DNA of 64,000 bases from Klebsormidium nitens (lineage: Eukaryota; Plantae; Klebsormidiophyceae). The stretch is from NCBI GenBank assembly GCA_000708835.1, contig DF237350.1, positions 1-64,000 of the forward strand. The letters run 5' to 3'. The translations under genes were made by a program, and so were the position numbers. Positions 38,101 to 51,774 of this stretch are shown one piece after another; position 1 is the first letter of the stretch, and the number at the start of each line of letters is the position of its first letter. The notes under the pieces are model-generated. The model worked only from the letters and a program-made list of their open reading frames with translations, had not been told where the DNA came from and did no database searches.

Positions 38101-39149
38101 CTGCTGTGCAAGAAGGGGAAATGCGTATCCGCCCATTTCTGAAGGCGCCTTTTCCGGGCCCGTGACAGCTCAGCAACGTGCTTCGACATGCGCGCAGGAG
38201 ATACGAGTCTCATATCTGATCATTTTCCTCTAGAACAATACGAGCTTTCTCATGCTTATGAAGTCCTCTCGAGATCTCCACCTCTTCTCGTCCTTTTGAA
38301 ATGTGTTCATCGCGGTCGGTAGCGGCTGCAAGTCAGGTGCACCATTCTGACCATTTGCTAGGCGACTCATGCTGGTGCTAACACGAAGATCAAAAGTGCA
38401 CGATTGCCGTGGCAAAGACGAGGATCCGAGCCTGCTGTATCAATTGCGAGCCACTTGATGAATGCTCCACCGATGCCCTATAGATCGATTTTCCCGATGG
38501 TGGATTTCCCAAGTCTATAACGAAGCTTTTCCACCTGCCAGCTCAGCCAGCAAAGTAATCTCTCTTTCCTCCCGGCCCGGTACAATCCTCCTATCAAAAT
38601 CGACGGTACGCAAGGGATCAGGAGGTTGTGTCTTAAACTTAGATGATGCTTGTGACCTGTTCTGTGAGAGGCATGCACCTGCCATGCGGGCCTTCCGTGC
38701 ACAGTTATCCTCGCCCTGCCAGTGGTTGTACATATTCCTCAAATCAGGGGCTCCGATGGCAAGCCTGGTATTAGGACATGCCAGAGATCATGCCGGTAAA
38801 CGTACTCAAAGTTGGGTCCAAGGATTCTATGTAGCTTTTTTTCTGGCGCCCGCAGCTCTCATGCCTTTGTATAGTTCTTAAAAATTGTTGAGGACAGGCT
38901 ACTATCGCTCGTACAGATCATCTTCCTTTTCAAAGGACTCAGGTTTTTTGTTTCAAAGTAGCCCGACACGACAGGTTTTTCTGTACGTAGGACCCGAGAT
39001 TTCAGGTCCAAAAGTAGGGCGATGGCAGCGAATACTACTTACCAATGGGCTCCCCATTCCCTTTGCGTGCTCAATGGACCTCCTCATTGACAGGACGCCA
39101 GTACTGGGATAGTGACCTGCAATATACTTTTCCGAAAGAACCACGTTAA

Positions 39150-42100
39150 GATTCGGCTGTGCTTATAGAAGGCCATGGGTCAACAGCAGTGCGCGTGGGC
39201 TGACCTTTCGCAGCTCAGTCACCAGACATCCGCTTCTGTGACGCCTTGAGTTTCAGGCTAGTAAACAAGTACACTCAATTGCTGTAAGTGGTCAACTAGA
39301 CGACTCGCCTTTCAGTCGGCTAATTCCAAGAGGGAAAGGACTAGATCTCTGGCTGACTTCGTTGAATACATGCAGATTGTGCGTGCAACAACTACTGCAT
39401 GCTTTTCGAGACTACTGGTGCGTAAAGGGGACATAAGCAGAGTCCACACTCTTAAAGGCGAACCTAATGGTTGAGTAACGCCCTAGAAAGGTTTAAGCCC
39501 ACCAGAAAGCTGGTTTATTCCGTTTACACTAGAGCTTGTGGGCGGCCTGACCTTCCATACCCAGGATTGTTTACGACGTTTGCCAATCTCACCCAAGGCA
39601 TTTGCGGGTCTGCCGTACTCGTGGGCAGTTACGGGGCAGTCACTCGAACCGCCACCTAGTGCGTGTCGATCTTCCATTGGTTCAAGGATTTTTGTCATGC
39701 TTGCCATCAATCTCTGTTGAGTGGTGCTTGATTCCTCTATAAGTTACAAGCTGTTCCAAATCTGTCGTACCATCGGTCCATCTTTAGCACTGAGATCAAC
39801 TGATGGCCTGCGGGCCTTTCCTCGACTTTTCCAAAACTCTGGCCCTGACCGATACTCCCTCGCTCCTAGTTACCTGTGCCCAGCGAAGCTCGTGTTGAAT
39901 TTCGTCACAGATCATGCGTTGATTGAGTGGACACATAAAGGGAACATAAAAGGTTTTGTACTGCTGTTTCCGAAGCACGATGCCACCTCGCAATCTGCGC
40001 GCGAGCATCTGCAGTACCTCACAGTCTGCACGCGCGCGCGCGCTCATGGGCCAGCGCGCCCGCACTCATGGACCGGCATGCATCCCTCTACTCGACCTTG
40101 AACGACAAGACGAAGCCCCGTCACTCGCCGACGCAGGAGCCTCCTCTATGGACTGAGCAGAACCAGAGGCATTTTGATCCTCTTTCGGGCCTGGGCGACA
40201 CAACTGCGCTTTGAACTCGGGCCACGTCGCCAGGGAAAGGTAGAGGAAGGCCCAGAAAGAGAGGAGAATCGCCCACAGAATGTACCACACCTGGGAGGAA
40301 ACACGGCACGGGGCTCAGCGTACACAAGCTACTGTTAAACATCTGCTTCGACTCTCCAGAATAACAAGAGCCCCCAAAGCGTTGAAGAGCAAAAACGCTG
40401 AGCAGTACAGAAGGGAATTCTTGCAGCCGTATATTCCAATGCGAAAGTGGGTTTGCCAGTATTTGCTTCTCTTTCCTTCTCACTAACAGTGTGAGAACGT
40501 CTGAACGTATCAGCCTCTGCGTAGCGAACTTTTTGAGTTCGCAAGCTGGCGGCAATGATCATTACTCACTAGCTGGTGGGCTCTTCATTCGTGAGCTCAG
40601 GTCTTTTTATGTCATCAAGAAGACGCCGCCAACTCTTTAGAAAGCTTTACTTTCACGTCGTTCATTATAAAGTCGGCCGTTTTGCTGATCGACGGCCATG
40701 ACAAAGCACCGACGCATGGGCTGACCGTTCCGCTCAGTAGCTCGTCGTTCCTTGGATGCCAAAGATAAGCTACTAAAATAGTTTGCAGTACTCCTTATGA
40801 TCTAGCACGTGTACGTTTTACAAAACTTTCTAACAAAGGCTGCGAGAAGGCTTGACGTTTCAGTTTTTCCAAGAACAAGCTGTGGGCATTATGTTATCGT
40901 TCGAAGGTTGCTTCCGAGCGATACGGGTGGCTGATTGGGCATCAGCTTTCTCCTATTTTACCACACAATTATCTCCATTAGTCATACTTCTCCTATGATA
41001 TTTAGCTAAAGGCAACAACCAACGTTTTGCTTCAAGGCTCCCCAAGACGAATTTTTGAAGTCCACTGTATGATATTAAGAAGGTCGCCTGATTCTTGGGT
41101 CCCAACTTGGAAGTCGAGCATTGACGGGTCCCTACTTTTCGTCTCAAATACTTGCGACGATTGGGCATCTGTGTAGTCTTAATCCAAAAGAGCATCAAGG
41201 ATTCGCGTGTGCATTCTACGAGTCGGTTCGACAAACCCACTTTCACCCCCCTTTCACCCGGTTTGGGCGCCATCAGATGTTTTTCTTGCGTGGAGAGTCT
41301 TTGAATTTGACAAGTCGATCCGCTTTGCCTGGGTTCAACCTAGCAGGACAGATGTGGGCTGCTCACCTGCAAACTGGGAGTTGAGGTATACATCATCCTT
41401 GATATCCCGTTGAATTTATCTTAGCGCCCCATAAATTGTGACTGCGGCCATGCGTATGACCTCACTCTCGGATCCGCACGTCAACGGGTGTGCTGATCGA
41501 GCGCACCCCGATCACCACCCGGGCGGCCGGCGGTGCCGGCTACGTGTGACGGCTGCGCTTATCGATCAGACGTCGGCGGGACATTTCCGGGGGGGAAATT
41601 TTACCCAGGAACAAGCAACCGGGCTAGCAACGACCGGGTGTTTCTGAAGGGACCGTGTCCGACAATGGCGGCCTTCAGATGGCGGGCGCCGAAAGAGGGG
41701 CGAAAGTCGGAAACCTTTTGCTGTTAAGCTTCGATTACGAGCAGCGTGCACGAAAAGACCCATGGCTGTGAAGAGACGCGGACTTTTGCGGTGCTCATCT
41801 CAAATTCTGCAACAGAATCTTCACAGCGCCTTCTCGGAATGCCGGCATGAACCCGTCTCAAGATCGCATTTGAGCCTGATGTCTGACGTGCCGTGTATGC
41901 AAAAGGGCGGTCGCCCATCTAAGCGTGTCGGCTGGGTGCGGAGGGTACTGCTTTTCCACACCTTAGTAACTATATGGCTGGCAGTCTGTATTTTCGCACC
42001 CTGGTAAGTGTACGGCTTTTGCCAAGAGTCCAGATTGTGCATCTGGACAACTCATGTCCTAGCACTGATAGGTTGCAAACTTCAATGCTCAAGATGGAAA

Positions 42101-44000
42101 GCTCTGGAAATACAGTGGCTGTTTGTGACGATCACTTTGTTCGTGCGAGCATTTAAGGACGCGCATACAAGTTCTTCCATGCTACTGATGCTAGCAAACC
42201 TCAACTCAGAGGTACTTTCCGAGTACATCGATGAACGACGGTAGGGTAATCAACTGTTCCGGCATATACCGCAACGGCTGAATGCTTGCCACGGCCCTTT
42301 TAATCGACTAGCTCTCTTAGACCTGTGACGGCAAGTCTCATTCCCGAAAGAAGCACTGGGTTGCCGGCGCCCATCACCGACGTCTTCCCCTGCATTGTGA
42401 TGTGACTGTCACGTGCATATGCGGAAGTAACAAGAAGCGCGCGACCAAAAATGGGAGTTTTAAACCTCGCAACTTCTGACGGGCGCCCCTGAACTTACAA
42501 GCTCGAGTTGACGAACGTGAATCCATCTTCAATAGCTTGCTTCTTTTGTTGCAATGCTTTCCCTAATGCCTGGATGCCGGTCGGGTGATGATCGAAAGCG
42601 TTCTCAGATCGAAGGGACTACAGGTATCCAGCTGCAGCTGCAAGTCAATTGATTGGTTGCACCAGTTTTGAGAGTGATCCAAAGAAATTCAAAGCTTTTT
42701 TGCGGAGCTGAAGTGCTGAATTGTGCGCTTGTCCGCATGACTCTGGGTTGGGCTTTTGCACCAAGCGCATCGGCACGAGATTGCACGACTGAAAACAAGG
42801 ACGAGACGAGTCGCGTGACACACTTTAACTGATGACCTCATATCAAGGATACCCCAATGATAGTAGCTCGCGGGCGGTGCCCACTCTTCTCCACCCCATC
42901 CCATCATTCCGGGTCTCACCGAGTCTTCAAAGTGCCTAAACGGGGAATATAAGTTGCCACGTCGAAAGTAAGCAGACGTCTTTTGATCTTCTCACACAGG
43001 AGCTCTGAGAGGGCGTTATTTATTATCCGGTTTGATAGTCCGAGTCGCGGCCAGTAGGAAGCTAGAATGGAAGCCCTGTGCAATCGACCTTTGAAGGCTT
43101 TGAACGGTCTCGGCTCAGATGCTGTACGGCTGTGACGATCGAGGATGCTGATGCTTCATGCAGTCAGCACTTCTTGAGCACTCGAAAGCCGTTCAGTAGG
43201 AAGCATTATGGAACCTCGGGCCTCCGTCAAAATGAGGAAACCGGCCAGAGAGTTCAAGTGTGCAAGTTCCATCTCCTGAGAGCCACAGGGCTTCTTATGG
43301 CTAGCAAGATACAGATTACTCAGAGGTTCTGGGGGCAACAAGCCACGTCGGCACGTCTGTGAAATCGCACCTCGTCTGAATGTCGCTTTCTGACTTGCCG
43401 CCGCATATCATCCCTGGTGCGTTGTGGATTCGTTCGTCGGTTGTGGGCATGTGGCTCTAAGCTCGGCCCTTCGCGGTCAAGAGCTGCTCAGCTGCGCTGC
43501 CCCCACGCATGGTCACCTACCATTATGGATTGGGAGAGCGCCCTCTGCGTATTTGCGAACCAAACACGGCTGTTTCATTGCGCAGCATGAGCTTCTTCAT
43601 GCATTCAAATCCCGAGAGCAACGTGGCCAGTGTATATGGCGTTAAAAACTTATGGCACGAGCTTCAAAAAGTCTGGATGAATCAAGCGCCTGCTGTTTCA
43701 CTCTCAAAAGGACGGAACGGAATCCGCGGACGCATTTTCCGATATCAAAGCCGAATGAACAGAATCAGGAGACTCGGGCTTTCTGATCTGTATCGAAATC
43801 GTACGCGGTTGGAGCGCCTCTTGCTGCAAAGCCTATTTGCATAGTCTGGTGTGACCATCTTTGGGATACTTTCTATAAAGCGCTCAGCGGATGGCTGTGA
43901 TGAAAGGGCTGGCCCTGCATACCTTCTGCAATGTCCCTTTGACTCTTCGAGCGAGTCAATGCCAGTCCTTAATGTGGCATCGCATGCCTGCTCTGCAAAG
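39150..44000 (-). pseudogene. Further Roco remnants
   Basis: Terminal motifs ELRKVSP (about 39200), about 40720, SGLQKFV...W (about 41050) and about 43910. No intact ORF. Confidence 0.4.
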
Positions 44001-45251
44001 CAATTCCACTACAATTCTGTTCCATAAAGACATGGTCTGCATGCCGCAGTGCACCTAGGCCTTGCATGAAGTTGACTCAGGCATCTTGTCGTCACTAAAT
44101 CCTTTCTGGACCCATAAAAATAGATCCCGCTCTGCCCCTCTTCCGTTTGATCATGGCAATGAAGATACGCAAGGTTGTGAGTTCGAGATGGAGCCCACTT
44201 CTGGATTAAATCTTCCGAGCCAATCCGTATGCGCGGAATCTGAGTCCACGTGTACACCTGAGTTAGCTCATTCTTTATACCGGTTTGAGACCTGGTGAAA
44301 AGACGCCTTTATGGCTCGCGTGAGTTTCCAACCAAAAGAAATCGAAACGGATCGATTTGATGACGTGCTTCCCGAGGTTGACCGCTGAAACCTGCGGATA
44401 CTGAAAGCACAAGGGCAACCAGAGTTCTAAACCTCGCGAAGGCCTGCAAAGGCCCGGACGCGGAGCGACTGAACCTTCGAGAATGCTCTCTTGCCAAAGT
44501 TTGATGATGGAAAGTACGGTGCACTTCTTCGTGAATTGAGCACTTTCGTGACGCGATTCTCATCTTCATAATGACCCTGCCTATATAGTGCATCTGGTGG
44601 GATACTGAAGTATGAGTAATATGAGTAATATGAGAAATCAATTTATGTGCTGGGGCATCAGAGTTCTGTTGGCAATTACCGTTGCGGCTGTATGCTCCGA
44701 CGTTGCTCGAGACGTGTACGTGGATTTTTTCTGACTAGAATAAACCACAAATCTTCTGTGAACCTGCCAAGCGGCGCCTCGAGATATACAAACGGTCCCG
44801 AGATTCGGGCAGGCCCGGATGCCCCGAGACAGTAAACAAGAAGCATTGCATGACTGGGCATATGGGCACACATATTAATGCTTTCCGGTGTTCGAAACGC
44901 AGAGGCTGCTTTGCAGGCAATCTATTATAGATGGCCGTTAATTTCAAGGCCCTTATGTGTAACTTAGTCCGCTATTAGCAATCTATATTGGAGCAACTTT
45001 GACTGCGCCACATAAGCGATACTTACTGCAACTCGTCTGCATCATAGAGTCACTCGACTCTTGCAGGCGCCTCAGACTATCAGCAGACCCAACAGCCGCT
45101 GGGGCAGGCCAGCAGAAATTGGGCCTACAAATACTGCTTCCAGGCGCCCACACACTTCATTCCCATCAGCCGCCTCTCACTCTCATCTTTTGGTCCCCCA
45201 CAAGGCCCTCTCTCTCGGCTCCTCTGTTTGCGTGAAGAAGCGGCGGAAGCG

Positions 45252-48200
45252 ATGGCGGTGAGTGCTTCTCTAAATTCAATCCTAAAAATAATCTTCGTCT
45301 GGGCACCCTGTTTCTGTTTGTTGTCATAGAAGTGGACCAAGACCGCGTTGGTCGCTCGACGTCAGAGAATTCTTGGCTGCTATAAAAGGTTCACGGAGCA
45401 TGTGGCAAGCGATCTTTCTCAACGCTGCCGGGATTCTTTTGAAGAGTCTGCACCTTTTCTATGGTCAATGAGCATCTGAATGGATGTCCTGGAGATAAGG
45501 TTTCCTTCCCTCTTTAGTCTTTGCTAGTCAGCCCACTAGCAGGGCCGTATTTATCTCAAAGGAATGGAGCAGAATTTGGGCGCTATTGCTTCGCACAAGG
45601 TACAACTGGTTTCAGGTGCTTTGCGTCTGCATTCTGCATTGACTTCCTGGCTTGCATACACACTTTGAATCGAATTCTCAATGTAATGCGAGATTACGGA
45701 ACTGAGGGTCGTTCTGTTTCCACGCGCGCGCAGCTCGCGTACATGCTTGCTGCGGCGCTCGTGCTCGCGGCCGCGGGGCCGGCCGCGGCGCAGCCGACGA
45801 ACGCGCTGCCCGGAAAGCCGCCGGTCGTGTTCAATGGGACGGTGCTTCCCGACAGGACCTTCGTCGAGAGCACCTTCCTTCAAGTGGCCAGTGAGTGCCC
45901 CCGGTCTCGTTTCCTTGTTGACAACACTTCAGATGTAGCGGGATATGTTTTAAGCTTTCAAACTCGTTAGAGTGAAGAGTTTTAGAGGTCCATGAGCGAA
46001 TTCGCAGATCGGAGGGCTTTTGTTGAAGAAAACTTTGCAGAACGAACAAGTGCGGAGCGTCACTGAACGAGAAGTAAGAAAGCGTCCGAACCTTTCGACG
46101 TCTTTCGCACGACAAAGTTTGCGAACGTTTGTGCAGACACTCCCATACCTGTCAGGCTTGCCCAAAAGGAACGAGGCTCTTTTAAAGACGGCCGCCAGAA
46201 AGCTGGAGTGCCTTTTGAATTCTTCGATCGCTTCTCGCTCACCATTCCCTCCGTTCCCTCACCGTTCCGCTTGTTCCGTTCCGCGCAGCCGGCTCCGCAG
46301 CCCGCCAGAGCTACAACGACTTCGACCTGTACAACTTCCTGACCAACACGGAGTGCCTGGAAGCCAGCTTCGATTCGTGGGCGGCCTTTGGAGTGCCGCT
46401 CGACCCTGTTCTGGTCGCCGGAGGCCCCCCCCCGATCGGCGCCAACCGGGCGAACATCTCCCCCGAGCTGCTGCCGTTCGCACAGGAGACCGCCCGCGAC
46501 GAGGCGGGCCACGTCAGGTGAGCGCGCGCGCGCGCTTCGAGCCGGGGGCGGCCGCGCGTTCGCGAAGTTTCAGTGGGCCGAACTGATCTTTCATGCTGGT
46601 GAAAGTCGTGCTGGTGATAGTCAGGAAAATGGGAGCGCAGCTGGTTAGGCATCGGCAATGGGTCCGGAGCCAATCCCTCAAAACGCGCGGCTTCCGTCTT
46701 GTCAGCTACTAACCCGTTTCTAAACCCTGTCGCTTAACCAGGCTGATCCGCGAGGCGATCGCGGATCTGGCCTCCCCGTGCCCCCTGCTCAACTTCACGG
46801 CGTTCGCGGACTACTTCGGGAACGCGGTCACGCGCAAGTTCGGCAAGAAGTACGCGGGGCCCCCCTTCTTCGACCCCTACTTCGATGACGTCACCATCTT
46901 CCTGGCCATCTGGTCGCTCGAGGAGATCGGCGCCACCGGGGATAAGGTGGGCGGTTAATTCTCCAAATTTAGAGTACTGCAATCATTGGTCAGTGAGTGC
47001 AAACAGACTAAGGTTGCGCGTCGACCGAAATCCTACTTGGCCTCCAGTGTTGCCTGTGTAGTACCGCCATACGAGGTACGGTACTTTTTCCTGCCGAAGT
47101 GCTGATCTGGTACGTACAGTTCTGACCACGTGGATTCATTGGACCTTCCGATTGGCTCAAAGCTCGGAAAGAATCTGGCAAGCCTCTTGCAGCTTTTCGG
47201 TCGATGCGGACCCTAAAAGCTTTTCACTCTAAAAACTTGTGCAATCGTCTGGATGATAGGAATCACGGTCCCAATGCCACACCTGCTCACATGGTTACTC
47301 CCGATCCTGGCCGACCCGGAAGATTACTTAACCCTTTTCAACAACCCACTCGTTTCCACCGATCCGCAGGGCATCACGGTCCTTATGGAGAACGCGACCA
47401 TGCGCGACGGCGCCGCGGGTCTGGCGGTGTCGGCGGGCTACCAGGCGGCCGCGCAGCGGTGGATTCTGTGGGAGCGGCGCAACAGGCTGGTGGAGCCGTT
47501 CAAGCTGACCGTTGCCCAAGTCGCGGAGGCCATCTCTGAGTATCGCGACAGCCTGGACGGCCCGCAGGTGAGCTTTCCGGACCAATCTCAGTTTCTTCTA
47601 CAATCAATGCTCCGTAGCCCTAAGTTTCCACTTTGAAGATCAGTTCTACGTCGAAGATTCAGAGACGTCGAGATGGGAGAGCATCTTCTTCTCACATACT
47701 CTCCTTCCTTCTGCGTCCCTTCCTTCTTTCTTCCGCCCTTCATTGTGCTTCGCATTGAACTGTTCAATCTTATCTTGGAACTCGCGCCTTGCCTTCCAAT
47801 CTGCTTGAGGTTCTTCTTCGTCGCCCAGAAATCCGTTTTTGGGCTGAATAGAATCATTTCATTGGCCCATGCAGGATGACGACCAGCCACTGTTCTACAG
47901 GGGTGGCATCAACATCGTTCCCACTGACGCGAACGGCGTTACTTACTCGCGCACGCCTCAGCAGGTATTATATGTAACAGTTCTTTCCAAACCCTACCAC
48001 TGTTTCCAGCATTCAAAAGAATCTGAATCAAAAGAACGAAAAAACGAGCCGCTTGGTTGTGTATCTAGATCTGGGTCCAAAACTTTTTCGTGAAGGCGTA
48101 GTGTCGTATTTGACGGGATCGCCGGATCGGATCGCGACACTCGGGCGCATCTTGCTTTTGAATGATCCTCTTTTAGGGTGTCTCGTTTACGAAGCATCTT

Positions 48201-48838
48201 TTCTGATTCTGGAAGTATTTCCAACTCAGCAGATGGTCATATGCATCCCCATACTTCATCGGGCCCAGTTTTTTAATGACTTCCAAAATGTCGTTCCTCG
48301 ACGTATCCTCGGTGCCTCGTGCCTTTTCGTACCCTTTCACCTACGACCTTGTATGCGACTATTCCCACGGCAGGTCCTGAGCATTCTCACCTTCGGCGCC
48401 GAGGACGGCAAGGGCGGCTTCTTCCCCAACGGTGTGAACGGGCGCATCAACCTGCCCACCCCCATCGGCCCGGTTTACCGCAGCACCCGCCCGGGGACCG
48501 TTTACCCGGCCTACGACCAGACCGGTTTCGCTGACCCAAACACGGTTGACGAGCGCTTCGGCGAGACTCCGTTCCTTCCCGGAACTCCGTTCAACAGCGA
48601 GCCTCCGGCGCCGGACGTAGGGATCCCCCCCGAGGCGAAGTTTGACGAGTACCTGAGGCAGAAACGTGCCCCGACTGTCCCGAAGCTGCCCTTTGGTCCT
48701 GCCCCGGGGCCTTCCCCCGAGCGCAAAGAGGAGGAGAAAAAGGAGGAGAGAAAGGAGGGGAGAAATGAGGAGAGGAAGGAGGAGAGGAAGGAAGGGAAGA
48801 AGGACGAGAAAAAGGACAGGAAGGAGTATAAGCCTTAG
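45252..48838 (+). CDS. Desiccation-related protein PCC13-62-like (secreted ferritin-like domain); exons 45252-45257, 45734-45890, 46289-46517, 46742-46946, 47370-47567, 47875-47964, 48374-48838
   Basis: All introns are GT-AG with matching phases. Signal peptide LAAALVLAAAGPAAA. Family motifs GGPPPIGANRAN, DEAGHVRLIRE, FDPY, NIVPTDANG..YSRTPQQVLSI and GGFFPNGVNG.I. Lys/Glu-rich tail. The exon-3 acceptor could alternatively be at 46301. Confidence 0.92.
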
Positions 48839-49149
48839 ATTTGAAGTGTTGAGAGTGCCAGGGACGCTAAAGGCACCTTGTGTTGAGTTTTGATTAGGCA
48901 ATAAGATGCCGTCACTGTAAGAGTGCACGGCAGGGTTTGGAAAGGAAGACAGAACTTTGCATTGAGAGCATTCAAAGAGTAGACTACCAAATACCACGAC
49001 ACGCAAGCAAGCACGTCGGCAATGACCGTTACTGATTCTGGGCTTCTCATTCCAATAGTGGGCTCATTGAAGTTCTCCTGACCACGAATACGCCATTTCT
49101 AAGTGAAACCTCCTTAGATTTCCACGTCGATTGTTTCGTTCAATGAGTC

Positions 49150-50900
49150 TTGCGCTAGTAGACCGCCAAGACAAAGGAGCGGTACGTTCGTGGGCTGACC
49201 TTTCCCAGCTCAAACGAAGCGTCTTTCATTCTCGCTTGATGCCGCCATCAAGCTACGCGGTACATCTTGCTAAGTTTCGTTGCTACAGAAACTTTTGACC
49301 AAGTGAACTGTCAAGATTTCGTGTCTATTTGATCAGAGAACTGCTTGCGGGCTCGGATCGAGACCGGCACATTCCATGATTGGACAGAGATGGAAACCTC
49401 GGACTAGCATTCCATGATTGTACAGAGATGGAACCTCGGACTATCTTTTTTCGGAAAGGTACTCTCCTGACTGTCGGGGGAGTTCCTTGACCAATCGGAA
49501 GGTTCGCAATCGACACTTTTGCAACTTGTTGCGCCTGTCAGCCGCACCTGTCACTTTCAACTCCCCGCCAGTCTGACCTGAATTCGGCAAAACGATGCGT
49601 CCTGTCCTGTTGAGGCGGCATGGGTGCTTTGAACCTTGTCGCGCGCGTTCGTTGCGTGCGCATCCCGCCTCTCATCGGGCGTATGCAGCCGGAGAACAAG
49701 CATGCCAAAGAGGAATCATTGCTGCGCTGAACTCGCACAATCCAAAGTTTTGAGTTGCTCGGCACGTCTTTCATCCAGTTCTTCAAAGCCTCCTTTGATC
49801 CTTTGCTCACCCCGCGACCAGCGCGGCGCAGAGTGCTTTCTCATAAAGAAACGCGGGCCGGATATTGCTAGGGATCGTTCATCTGTGCATGCATCGATGG
49901 CAATGAGGTTGGCTTGATTGCTGAGGCTGAGAGCGAGCGCAACGAAATTGTATGAACAGGACTTTCGTCCAAGTCAAGGTGTTGCCTCTCCGGTGCCTCC
50001 TCTCTATCTGTCTTCTGCGCTCGAAACGGTGGTTTAGAAAGAAGCATTGCGGGCAAAGAAGACCTAATTTGAGGCTGCTGCCTGCCGATAACCTGCACCT
50101 GATGTTGTGCTTGCTTGAGCCCGGCCCGTTCTGACCCCGTCGGACTCTTTTGATCCACGAATGTAGCATCAGAAACATATTCGTTTCACACGCATCGAGT
50201 TCTGCCTCGAACCATTCTCGGTTGTACTGCCTCGACCGGCCACTGCGTGATCAGAAACGGTATTGCTTGGAGGCGTGCTTGGTCCTCCACTCTCAAACAA
50301 CCTGGCTCGCCGCACTTTTGATCATCTGTTCGCCCCTGTCTTTATGTCTGACGATCGTTGTCGGGCCAGATTTCTCTTGGACGCCCGCGCGTGCCTTGCA
50401 CTTAGCTACCAATCGTCCGAGTTTCTATAGAATCCTCTTGCGTGTCTTCTGTACACCATCAACCACTTGCTATTATAGCATCTTATACTTGGGGTACTTT
50501 TCGGACCCGGCCTAAAGTAATGTAAGATTCTGATTTTCGACCATCTCAAAGCGCTGAAGGTTTTGTGAGCGGCCGCGCGCGGGTCGCGCCGAGCGTCCGC
50601 GGCCGCGAGGGACCACATGAACTTCGCTTCGGGCCCGGATCTGAGCAAGTTGCGTGCGCGAGCACTGCAGGGTGACCGGCGAAGATACGCGGACTGGTTC
50701 AGATCAGCTGTGCCTCCACAACACAATGCTTAAAGATCTCGCCGCGCCAATCCGGCTCGCGCGCGCGCGCGCGGTGCGCCAGGCCTCGGGTCCCAGCGAC
50801 GTGGCCCGCTGGAGACGCGCCGAAGCTGGCGCGGCCGCGCGGCGCGATCCAACTTGTTGACGGCTAGGCTCGGCGAAGATTTTCTCCAACAACTTTGTCT
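49150..50900 (-). pseudogene. Roco C-terminal remnants
   Basis: DGGI...FELGKVSP (about 49200) is paralogous to 39200. 50400-50900 resembles 37600-38000. Confidence 0.4.
49370..49443. repeat. Tandem duplication, 2 x about 37 bp
   Basis: cattccatgattggacagagatggaaacctcggacta followed by cattccatgattgtacagagatggaacctcggacta. Confidence 0.9.
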
Positions 50901-51774
50901 GGCCTGCTTTTCCTGTAAAGATGCCTCTTCGAAACTCATCTAGCTTCCTTCATGACATGCGGCTCAGATTAGACGGACGCTGTTAAATTGACACGCTTCA
51001 GATCTCCATCAACGGCCTGACGGAGTCACGTTGTCGTAACTTTTTTTCGTTTCCACACCTATAAGAAGCTCTCGTATCTGCATTCGGGCCTGATCAGGGA
51101 TTAAAACAATCATTCGTGGTCAGCGTGTGGCCTGGACGTTTCTGCTTGTGCACCAGATACAAGAAAGCGCAGCGCGTTTCAGAAAGAAGACGATGACTGA
51201 TTGCGAACGCTGAAGTCAGCCAAGAAAGAATAGGTGACGGGAGCACAAATTTTCTTGAGACTGTTGAATTTGCGTACTCGCACTGTGAGTAGGGGCAAAT
51301 CTATTGCAGAACTGTTGCGGTAGAGACGAGTATCTGCTCAACTTGTGGCAATCATACATGCCAAGCAAAACTCTCCCGGACGCCGCAAGATACCACCTTT
51401 TACACACGCCGTCTCCGGCTGACCTAGTCGACGCGGGTTGTTCCCAGAACGCTCCATTCTCGTCTGGCATCAGAGCACAGTCGGAGATCGAGTACTCACT
51501 GCAATGGACCTGGCCAGTGTCTAATCTGCATACCCAGCCGGCGTGCTTGGATGCGACGCCTCTAACATTACTTGCTGGATTCATCTGCTGTTAAAATAAA
51601 TACTCCACAACGAGAAACTTCAAGAAGCTCTTTGGACGAAGATGACTCTAAGTGGGCTGGTCCCCAAGAGGAGCGTTGTGCATGCCACCGTCTCTGAAGC
51701 CCTCGTGTATCCTTTCCGGAGAAACGGGCCGCTTAAGTTCAACGAGGCCAGCTTACACAGGAAGGAAAGACGGT

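Noticed and set aside
37281-38165. 294-aa plus-strand ORF
   Set aside because: No recognisable motif. It is antisense to a Roco C-terminal remnant in GC-rich DNA.
4000-45000. Endogenous giant-virus or retroelement region
   Set aside because: No capsid, polymerase, RT, integrase or ATPase motifs were found, and there is no dense intronless ORF packing.
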